A stretch of 64,000 nucleotides of DNA, taken from NCBI GenBank assembly GCA_038087875.1, contig CM075994.1, positions 9,798,001 through 9,862,000 on the forward strand. Reading direction: 5' to 3'. Each line of letters starts with the position of its first letter. The stretch's first letter is position 1. Shown here piece after piece: positions 50,548-60,979 of this stretch. The position numbers and the translations under genes were made by a program. The DNA comes from Malacoraja senta (Eukaryota). Under the pieces are notes generated by a model that did no database searches, had not been told where the DNA came from, and saw only the letters and a program-made list of their open reading frames with translations.

Positions 50548-50960
50548 ACTGTATATTATAGGATTTTCCCTGTAAATTTTGTTATTCAATTTTGAGGTAG
50601 CAAACAGTAACGAACCAATTTCAAAGGGTAAACAGTCTTCCTTTTCCATTTTTAACCAATCCGGTTGCTGATCTATTTCTTCCAACCAAAAGTCCATATT
50701 TTTATTGTTAACTGCCCAAAAATAAAACAAAAAATTTGGTAAAACTAAACCTCCATTTATTTTTGATTTGCACAGATGTTTTTTGCTTATCCTATGATTC
50801 TTATAATCCCAGATAAAATCAGTGATAATGGAATCCAACTTATTCAAGACGTTTTTTGGCAAATATATCGGAATTGTTTGAAAAAAGTATAATATTTGCG
50901 GTAAAAAAATCATTTTTATTGCATTAATTTTACCAAACATTGAAATAGGAAGTGTTTTCA

Positions 50961-51540
50961 GACCTAATCTGAGGAAAGACATTCTTGCCATAGAGGGAGT
51001 ACAGAGAAGGTTTACCAGACTGATTCCTGGGATGGCAGGACTTTCATATGAGGAAAGACTGGATAGACTCGGCTTGTACACGTTGGAATTCAGAAGACTG
51101 AGGGGGGATCTTATAGAAACTTACAAAATTCTTAAGGGTTGGACAGGCTAGATGCAGGAAGATTATTCCCGATGTTGGGGATGTCCAGAACTAGGGGTCA
51201 CAGTTTAAGGATAAGAGGGAAGACTTTTAGGACCGAGATGAGGAAATCATTTTTTACACAGAATTCTCTGCCACAAAAGGTAGTTGAGGCCAGTTCATTG
51301 GCTATATTTTTTACACAGAATTCTCTGCCACAGAAGGTAGTTGAGGCCAGTTCATTGGCTATATTTAAGAGGGTTAGATGTGGCCCTTGTGGCTAAAGGG
51401 ATCAGGGGGTATGGAGAGAAGGCAGGGATGGGATACTGAGTTGGATGATCAGCCATGATCATATCAAATGGCGGTGCAGGCTCGAAGGGCCGAATGGCCT
51501 ACTCCTGCACCTATTTTCTATGTTTCTAAGTTTCTATGTT
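50961..51540 (+). mobile_element. CR1 3' fragment nested in L1
   Basis: PNLRKDILAIEGVQRRF...; TTTCTATG tail; flanking TGTTTTC repeat; internal ~57-bp tandem duplication. Confidence 0.9.
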
Positions 51541-51895
51541 TTCCAGTATTGAATATTCTTATGTAGTTTATTCAGTAAAGGGGGAAAATTTTATTTAAAT
51601 AATAATGCATATGTCTTAGTGACATAAATTCCTAGATATTTAAATATTTCATTAACTATTTTAAACGGGAATTGTTGTAATATATGTGTATTATGTTCCG
51701 TTATTGGCATAATTTCACTTTTATTCCAAATGATTCTGTATCCGGAGAGTAAACCAAATTGAGTTATTACATTTAATAAATTTGGAATACTAATTTCTGG
51801 TTTTGTGATGTAAATTAATGCTTCATCTGCGTATAAAGAAATTGTATTCACTGTGTCTTTAGTATTATACCCGTATATTTCTGGGTGGGTCCTAG

Positions 51896-52513
51896 AAGGC
51901 CTGTCTCACGAGTCTGCGGTCATTGGCGGCGAAACAGGAAGAATCTACCGCTCCTGGGCCGCCATAGACCGTGCACTCGGTCAAACGCACAATTCCGGGG
52001 CCGTGCGGCGTTGTTCCCAACACCGCACGGTGCTAAAATAAAACCAACACTGTTCAAAAATATTTTCCTACTGCACAGCCGCCGCCAGTGAGGCACGAGT
52101 GCAGCACGGCCGCCGCCACAGCCGCCGCCAGTGTGGCACAAGCGCCGTGCGTCGAACTTGCACCGCCACAGCCTCTGCCAGTGAGGCACGTGTGCGGCAC
52201 GGCCGCCGCCACAGCCGCCGCTAGTGAGTCACGTGTGCGGAACGGCCGCCGCCACAGCCACCGCCACAGCGCCGCGATCAGCACGGCCGCCGCCACAGCC
52301 CCGCAGATCCAAAATGACGTCATCGCAGTCGGCCCGCCCTTTTTTTTTACTTACCGCAAGCTCGTGGGACCAGCCGCACTTAAATCACTCGGCCCCCGCG
52401 CAGCATCCGTGCGGCGCTCCCGTGGCATAGGCTCGGCGCTCTCGCCGTTGCCGTGCGGTCCCCTCTACAGGCGAATCCGCGCTTCACCGCCGATGACCGC
52501 AACACCGTGAGAC
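51896..52513. mobile_element. GC-rich non-autonomous DNA transposon (possibly PIF/Harbinger-like) nested in L1
   Basis: Inverted ends GTCTCACG...CGTGAGAC; internal GCCGCC repeats; interrupts L1 RT. Confidence 0.55.
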
Positions 52514-53106
52514 TTTCAGCAAGTGGCTCAATAGCGAGTGCAAATAATAACGGAGATAGCGGGCATCCTTGTCTACAACCTCTAGATAAATTCAATTTAG
52601 ATGATAACATTTGATTTGTTAATATTCTAACTGTTGGTTTAGTATATAAAGGTTTTACCCATGTACAGAACTTCTCACCCAATTGCAATTTTTCCATCAC
52701 CGAAAATAAATAGGGCCATTCAACCTGATCAAATGCTTTCTCAGCATCTATTGAGATTATTGCTTGGTCTTCGTTAGTGATTCTCTTTGAATATATTATA
52801 TTAAATAAGCGTCTCAAATTATAGTATGAATACCGTTTCTAAATAAAGCCTGTTTGGTCAGGGTGTATTAATTTATTCATCACTGTACTTAATCTGTGTG
52901 CTAGGAGTTTAGTTAATATTTTCTGATCTGTATTTAAAAGAGCAATTGCTCTGTATGATCCTGGATCTTCGGGATCCTTATCCGCCTTTGGTATAAGTGT
53001 TATTATAGATTCGTTTAAAGTTTCTGGCAATTTCTGTTGAATATAAGTGTACTCATACAGTGTTTGTAAACGTGGGGAGACAAAATCGTAATTTTTTTAA
53101 TAAAAT

Positions 53107-54150
53107 TCAGAACCTAAAGAAGTAGAAGGCCTGAATACAAACCACTGCTTTTCTCAAACTATTATAATGTCGCACTTGGACATCTCTTATCTGGCAAGCT
53201 CTGTATCGTTGCTGTACTGCAATGGCAGACCAGCTTAGTTTCTTGAAATACTGACGCAGTTTATGCATCTGATAATAAGTCTGTATGACTTTGGCAGAAT
53301 GCAATTGCTTTCGAACACCCATTCCTCGGTAGGCAGCCTGAAGCAGCACAACACTGCTGCGTACCTTCATGTAAGTCTTGCGATCACTTTCCATTTGAAG
53401 ATGTGCCCTATAATGGGTTTGTACTATTATAGCTGCCAATCTCATTGCCCTGTATGGACGGTATACTCTGTGCATTCTAAATGCTGCTTGTTTTACCGTT
53501 GCTGCCTTCTGTTTGTTCCGGATCTCTCTCCGTACCTTCATACCCCTGAATGCAGCTTGAATAGTTATGGTTGCCCTCTGGATGACAATTTCTCTTTGCA
53601 CTTGACTTTTGTCCACTTGACTTCTGTCCCTTTGCACTTGACCTTCGTCCACTTGACTTTTGTCCACTTGCCTTTTGTCCCTATGCCCTTGACCTTTTTC
53701 CACTTGACTTTTGTCCCTTTGCACTTGACTTTTGTCCACTTGGCCTTTATCTACTTGACTTTTGTCACTTTGCACTGGACTTTTGTCCACTTGGCCTTTA
53801 TCCACATGACTTTTGTCACTTTGCACTTGACTTTTGTCCTTTGAGGGACTCTCTGCCCTCTTTAGTTCAGGCTCCTTGCCTCTGGATGCCCTTGGAGGTT
53901 TTGGCGAGAAATGAGCCATTAATGCCTCCTTACACTCCTCGTACGTTTTATCCGTGGGCTTTGCTGGCCGCAGCAACGTACGTAAGGTGTGATAACCCTC
54001 TATTCCTGAGCCTAATATGAACCATGCTCTCTTCTTCTCCTCCGCAGTGATATCATTGGAAATGAAAGAAGCCCCCAAGACTTCAGTCCATTTCACAAAA
54101 ATACACCCAGAATCTAGCTGGGGCAACTTTCCTACAATTTGAAAAGCCAT
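53107..54150 (-). CDS. Chimeric ORF: Gypsy-type Gag N-terminus, SQVDK-repeat linker, ASPM-type IQ motifs (347 aa; truncated by L1)
   Basis: ATG start. NDITAEEKKRAW...YHTLRTLLRPAKPTDKTYEE...LMAHFSPKP is Gag-like. Seven IQ-like motifs are spaced 23, 23, 27, 19, 23, 27 aa. Confidence 0.8.
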   Translation of the reverse strand: MAFQIVGKLPQLDSGCIFVKWTEVLGASFISNDITAEEKKRAWFILGSGIEGYHTLRTLLRPAKPTDKTYEECKEALMAHFSPKPPRASRGKEPELKRAESPSKDKSQVQSDKSHVDKGQVDKSPVQSDKSQVDKGQVDKSQVQRDKSQVEKGQGHRDKRQVDKSQVDEGQVQRDRSQVDKSQVQREIVIQRATITIQAAFRGMKVRREIRNKQKAATVKQAAFRMHRVYRPYRAMRLAAIIVQTHYRAHLQMESDRKTYMKVRSSVVLLQAAYRGMGVRKQLHSAKVIQTYYQMHKLRQYFKKLSWSAIAVQQRYRACQIRDVQVRHYNSLRKAVVCIQAFYFFRF

Positions 54151-54319
54151 GTTACCCTGTTGCTATTCAGGTGCACTATATTCTGTTCTCTCACTGTTTT
54201 CTGCCCTGGACGTAATACATTTACATTCTAAGAAATTATCCAGCCCACTGACAATTACTAATTCTTATAATAGATTTATACGAATAAACCAACATTTCAT
54301 GTTAATAGCCAACTAGAAC

Positions 54320-57300
54320 ATTTTTTAAAATGTTTATTTTATTAGAAGCAATTGTACAAGAATAAAGCAATCGGCATAACAATTATACAATTTTCGTAGC
54401 TTCATTTTTTTTGTTTTTTGAAAATATTTTTTATTGGAGATAAGTACACAACCTATTTACATCATTACAGTCTTACATTTTTAAATTGATAATATTGTCA
54501 ATTATTATTACATTGTCTCCAATACCTTTTGCCTTTTTTTTTGTTTAAACTAAATAGAACTAAAGAGATAGATGAAGTAAAGAAAGAAAAGAAAGAGAAG
54601 AAAAACAAAAAAAAACAACAACAACAAAAAAAAAAAAAAAAAAAACAAAAAACAAAACAAAAAACAAAAAAAAAAAAAAAAGGAAAAAGATAGTTAAAGA
54701 AGAATGGAAAAATTTATTAAAATAAAAAACTTCATTCGAGATATATTCGTACATTTCTAAGTATAGCATTTCATCCATTCTTTAGCCCGAGTGCTAGTCA
54801 GGTTCCTGTGCTGAACTGTTCTGACCCTTTAAGTAATCAATAAAAGGAGACCATGTTCCAACGAATAATTCCTGTTTGTCCAACAGGGAGAATCTGATTC
54901 TTTCCACGTTTAAGGTCTCCGTCATTTCTGTAATCCACATTTTGATTGTGGGGGTCGTAGGGCCTTTCCAAAATTTTAGAATTAATTTTTTTCCTGTTAT
55001 TAAACTATAATCAATAAAGTTTCTTTGTGTTGTTCTAAATGTTTGATTTAATTCTAATATTCCGAGTATTATTAATTTTGGATCTGGGTCCAATTGTGTG
55101 CTGGTTACTTTAGATATTATACTGAAAATATTTACCCAGAATTTTTTAATTTTTATACAGTTTGCAAACATATGAGATAAAGTAGCTTCTAAATGTTGAC
55201 ATTTATCACATATAGGTGAGATATGTTGAAAGATTTTATGTAGTTTTGTTTTTGAATAATGTAACCTATGTATTACTTTAAATTGTATTAGAGAATGTCT
55301 GGCGTTTAATGAACATTGATGTATGTGTTGCAAACTTTCTTCCCAAGTATCTTTCGTTATTATTTGATTTAATTCTTTTTCCCGTGTTTGTCTGTGTAAG
55401 TCCGCCGATGGAATGTCACTGTCTAATAAGATATTATATATATAAGATATTAATTTTTCTGTATTAGGATGTTTGTTCCAACATTCATCAAGAATTTCTG
55501 AATTTCTAATTCGAAAATTTTGAGTATTCGATTTTACATACTATCTTTAAGTTGAAGATATCTGAAATAATCATTTCCTCGAAGTCCATAAGTCTGTTGC
55601 AACTCCTGAAATGTCAGAAAAGTGCCTTCCTTGTAAAGTTGTCCCATATTTTTAATTCCATAATTCTTCCATTGTGTAAAGCCCCCATTAAACCATGAAG
55701 GCTTAAACAAAGGGTTATTCACAATTGGAAGAAAAAGTGATAAATTATCTAATTTTAATGTATTTTTTAATTGTTTCCAAATTCGTATAGCACTAAATAT
55801 TATAGGGTTTTCCCTATAAAATTTTTTGTTTAATTTAGACGTAGCAAATAATATCGAACCGATATCAAAAGGTAAACAATCTTCCTTTTCCATTTTTAAC
55901 CAGTCTGGTTGATGATCTATTTCTTCCAACCAGAAATTCATATTTTTAATATTAACTGCCCAGAAATAAAACAAAAAGTTGGGAAAAACCAAGCCTCCAT
56001 TTATTTTTGATTTACACAAATGTCTTTTGTTTATCCTATGATTCTTATAATCCCAGATAAAATCATTAACAATAGAGTCCAGTTTAAAAAAAAAGTTTTT
56101 TGCCAGATATATCGGAATTGTCTGAAAAAGGTATAATATTTGCGGTAAAAAAATCATTTTTATGGCATTAATTTTGCCAACCATTGAGATAGGAAGTGTT
56201 TTCCAGTATTGAATATTCTTATGTAGTTTATTCAGTAATGGTGGAAAATTTGCTTTAAATAATGATGTATATATCTTAGTTACATAAATACCTAGATATT
56301 TAAATTTTTCCTTTACTATTTTAAATGGAAATTGTTGTATTATCTGTTTGTTATGTTCCCTTATTGGCATAATTTCACTTTTATTCCAATTTATTCTGTA
56401 TCCTGAAAGTGAACCAAATTGGGTTATTAGCTTTAATAAGTTTGGAATACTAATTTCTGGTTTTGTAATGTAAATTAATACATCATCTGCGTATAGAGAA
56501 ATTTTATTCACCGTGTCCTTTGTGTTATACCCGTGTATTTCCGGATGCCCCCTGACTCTTTCTGCAAGTGGCTCAATAGCAAGCGCAAATAATAATGGAG
56601 ATAACGGTCATCCTTGTCTACAACCTCTAGATAGGCTAAATTTAGATGACAACCTTTGGTTTGTAAATATTCTAGCCGTGGGATTTGTATATAACAGTTT
56701 TATCCATGTACAGAATTTCTCCCCTAGCTGCATATTTTCCATCACCGAAAATAAATAAGACCATTCGACCTGATCAAATGCTTTTTCAGGGTCAAGTGAG
56801 ATTATTGCTAGATCTTCATTAATAATTCTCTTGGAATATATAATATTAAATAATCTTCTTAGATTATAATATGAGTACCGTTTCTGAATAAAGCCTGTTT
56901 GGTCAGGGTGTATTAATTTATTCATCACTGTACTTAATCTATGCGCTAGTATTTTAGTTAATATTTTCTGATCTGTATTTAAAAGTGCAATTGCTCTATA
57001 TGATCCCGGGTCTTCCGGATCTTTATCAGCTTTAGGAATACGTGTTATTATAGATTCATTTAAAGTGTCTGGAAGTTTCTGTTGAGTATAGATATACTCA
57101 TACAGTCTTTGTAAACGTGGGCAAAGCAAATCATAAATGTTTTTATAAAATTCGGAGCCTAAACCATCTGGTCCTACTGCTTTACCATTTTTTAAAGAGC
57201 CAATAGACTCCTCAATATCTTTTATCGTAATCTCCCTTTCTAATAATTCTCTATCGTTTGAATCTAAACCTTTTAAATTACATTTTAGTAAAAAATCTGC

Positions 57301-59540
57301 TATTCCTTCTGATTGTCCTACGGTTTTAGTTGAATAAAGGTTATGATAGTATTGGAGAAATCTATCATTTATGTCCTTGGGCATTTTTAATAATTCTCCT
57401 GTCTCTGTTCTAATTTTATGAATTATTTTTTCCCCTTCCATTTTTCGTAACTGACGTGCTAATAGTTTTTGTGGTTTGTCTCCAAATTCAAAATGTAATT
57501 GTTTGGTTTTTTGATAAAGTTGTATTACTTGTTCTGAATACATTTTATTTAATTTATATTTCAATACAGCAATTTTATTATGTTTTAAAATAGATGGCAT
57601 TCTCGCATTTTCTATATCTAGTTGCTTGATTTCACTTTCCAATGTTTGTTGCTTAATCCTGTTCTCTTTATTATAAAATGCTTGAGCAGAAATTAATGTA
57701 CCTCGAACAAACGCTTTAAACGTTTAAACGTAGCTTCATTTTTAACATTTTATAAATTGATACATGAAACGGAAAAAAAAGTAAAAAGGAAAGAATGAAG
57801 AAAAAGAAGAAAGATACAAAAAAGAGAGAAGAAAAGACCCCTGAACTGCCAAAGAAGTGCGAGAAGAGGGAAAAAAAGAGGGAAAAAAAACAAAAAACGG
57901 AGATATGTTCCACTGTCCTTCCCTTCCCTGCTCACCAATCCCAAGCATCTGTTTTTAATTTGTGTTCAACCATTCTATTGTTGAAGAAATTCAGTGATCA
58001 AAGAGACCATATTTTGGAGAATTGGTCTGATTTATCAGCCAAAACAAGCCTAATTTTTTCTAAATGTAGTGTCTCGGTCATTTCAGTGTTCCACATCTTC
58101 ACTGTGGGAACTGTTATCTTTTTCCAGAATTTGAGTAAGTTTTTCGCAGTTATTAACCCGTAGTCAAGGAAACATCTTTGGAATGTCCTTAACTTAGAAC
58201 AGCCCTCTGACATTCCTAAAATTATTAGTTTTGCATCTGACTCCAGTTGAATTTTAAGAGTTTTAGAGATGATATCGAATATTCCCATCCAGAAATTTTG
58301 TATTTTTATACAGGATGCGAAGGAATGCCTAAAGGTAGCTTCTTGGAGGTGACATTTATCGCAGATAGAGAGACAGTTGGGAAGATCTTATTCAATTTAG
58401 TCTTTGAATAGTATAGCCTGTGCAATATTTTGAATTGTATCAGGCAATGCCTGACATTTAAAGAACAGTAATGTATGTAAAGTAGGCTTTCCTCCCATAT
58501 ATCTTTTGATATAGATAAACCCAACTCGTCTTCCCAAGCTCACCTACACATCTCAGAAGGTGGGGTATCAACATTTAAAAGAGTGTTATAAATGTAAGTT
58601 ATCAACTTACTTGTATCGGCATGTCTATTCAGACAATCATCTAATATATCTGGATCCGTAAAAGGACAATCTTGTGTGTATGTTTTCACATAATCTCGGA
58701 TTTGAAGGTATCTAAAAAGATTGTTTGCATTCAAATGATATTTCTCCTGTAGTTCTTGAAAAGAAAAGAGAGTCCCCTTCTTATAGAGGTCTCCCACAGT
58801 ATTAATTCCTAGGTGTTTCCATTGAACAAACGCCCTATCTAAAGTAGACGGTTTAAACGAGGGATTGTTAGCAATAGGCAGAAGGAGAGACAAATTTCTC
58901 AGTTTAAGACTTAATTTCAGCTGTTTCCAGATACGCAGGGTACTGTGTATTATCGGATTTTGCTCATAAGTTGACTTATTCAGATGTATTGGAGATAGAA
59001 GAATCGAGCCTATGTTAAAAGGCAAACAATCTTCCCTCTCCATTTTTAACCAATTTACCTGTTGTCATGTGTCGTACAACCAGAAGATTATATTTTTAAT
59101 GTTAGTCGCCCAGTAGTAGAAAAGAAAGTTAGGAAGAGCTAATCCTCCGTTTTCTTTGGATTTGCACAAATGTCTTTTATGTATTCTATGGGTTTTGTAG
59201 TCCCAAATAAAATTAGTGATAGTAGAATCAAATTTTTTTTTTAACTTTTGGGGAGATATATCGGTATTGATTGAAATAAATATAGGAGTTGCGGAAGGAA
59301 GATCATCTTTATGGCATTTACTCTACCTATAAGGGAAATAGGAAGTGTTTCCAAAATTGAATGTTGGCATATAGTTTAGTAAATAATGGTGGGAAATTTG
59401 TTTTAAATAGAGAGGAGTGTTTTCTAGTCATGTAAACACCGAGATATCTAAACTTTCCGGTATCAATTCTGAAAGGAAATTTTTGGAGTTGAGAAGGGTC
59501 TTGAGCTTTTATTGGCATAATTTCACTTTTATTCCAATCT
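54320..59540 (-). mobile_element. L1-clade LINE (outer copy; 3' UTR split by a second L1)
   Basis: ORF2 pieces at 57998-59540; tail at ~54320; 3' UTR resumes at 57729. Confidence 0.88.
54410..57728 (-). mobile_element. L1-clade LINE (inner copy) with ~15-bp TSD
   Basis: TSD CGTAGCTTCATTTTT at 54395-54409 and 57729-57743 (minus-strand target TT|AAAAA); ORFs 56608-57642, 55534-56511, 54794-55333. Confidence 0.93.
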
Positions 59541-60054
59541 ATATTACTAAAACTAAGATCTTGACCATTTTCTGACTTTCTGTTTCGTGGTTTCCGAAAG
59601 AACGCCGCCACTTGCGGCCGTCATTGTTGGCCACCTCCCTGGGGCCATTTACCGACGGTCCCGCCAGCACCTTCGGCTCGTCAACGAGCCGCGTCCTCCT
59701 GCCGCGGACCCCTTTGCTCCCCCACTGCCGGTTTCGCGTCAGGGCGTTGCTCTGCCCGTCCGTCCTGACATGCAACGTTCTGCTCCTCCTCCGCCCCTTC
59801 CGTTCCATCCCACTCCGACCAGTCCTCGCTCGCCTGCCCGCGCTCGTCCCGGTCCCGACCCCGCATCCCCTCCGGGTTCGGTGCCGCGGTCTCTTCTGTC
59901 TCCTCCCGTTTCTCCCTTTCAAGTTCGTCTTTCCCCGCCGGTGCCTCTTCCTCCTGCAGGAAGGGTGGATGGCGAGACGCGAACCCGGGCGGGACGTCTT
60001 GTCAAACCGCCTGACCGCTATGGCGATTTTGTTTAACTATCCTAGCGCATGAGC

Positions 60055-60224
60055 CGTGGTCGCCATGTCACCATTGTATTTGCCTGTTGTTTCGAAGAGG
60101 AAAGATGTAGATGAGATATGCATGTGCCTTTAACATAGTGACCTCATACCTACAAACCACTCCCCATATCACAAGTATATCTACAACCTCCCCACCCACA
60201 GATCGCTCTCTGGTTCCTGTGACA
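60055..60224 (-). mobile_element. Putative 5' LTR (159 bp, TGTCAC...GTGACA) followed by a PBS
   Basis: 6-bp inverted termini at 60066 and 60224; minus-strand TGGCGACCACG immediately after resembles a tRNA-Arg-type PBS; GC-rich leader at 59580-60050. Confidence 0.7.
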
Positions 60225-60676
60225 GACCACGTACAGCTAGTGCTATGTGTAATGCTCCAGTATGAATAAAGATAGTAATGTAACGATGCCTCGTTATGAA
60301 TCTTTTACAAGTCCCCCTCCGCCGGACTGGCCAGAGGATATTTCCCATCGATGAAAAATCAGTGAGTTATTAATGTTTTTTTTTAAATGTCGCCATTCTC
60401 TCTGTGGCCCCCACTGGCGGCAGTGGGGAGGGACTATATACCCGGAAGTGTCGTGCCTCACTCAATCTCTGCGAGATGGAGGAAGCGAGAGGATCACGGC
60501 TCTCTGAGCTGCGAATAACACTGAACGCACGTCTACTCGACGGTGAGTCCCCTCCATGTGCTTGTAAAGTGTTTCCCAAATTGTTTGTCTTGGCTTTTGA
60601 ACGTTTGAATCATTCGGTTTACACACTGTATGTTTACCACGTTCTGAAGTTACTTGGCATTTTGGTATTGGTTGTG

Positions 60677-60715
<39 letters not shown>

Positions 60716-60979
60716 GTGTGTGTGTTTGCAGAAAATGGATTGGTTGTAAAGTGTTTGCCAAATTGCCTTGGCTTTTAAAAAGTTTTCAGAAAATGGATTG
60801 GTTGTAAAGTGTTTGCCAAATTGCCTGTCTTGGTTTTTTAAATCGTTTTCGGATGGATAAAGCGTGAATAAACATTTTATTAGATCAGGACTGTGTTTAA
60901 TTTCAAAATTGGCCTCATTCCGTGACTTCCGCCGTACGGCGGGTTTTAACTGCTCTCTACGCTGGAAACAATGGTAAGT

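Larger units (their letters stand above)
48225..53117 (-). mobile_element. 5'-truncated L1-clade LINE with three nested insertions
   Basis: ORF2 pieces YRAIALLNTDQKI, IDAEKAFD, GCRQGCPLSP, LYADE, CDKCQHL; T-rich tail at ~48240. Confidence 0.92.

Noticed and set aside
53107..54150. The host ASPM gene itself
   Set aside because: No ASH or CH domains, no flanking ASPM exons, a Gag-like N-terminus, and deletions/frameshift in the IQ array.
59539..60052. Overlapping Arg/Pro-rich ORFs
   Set aside because: GC-rich leader next to an LTR/PBS; no recognisable domain.
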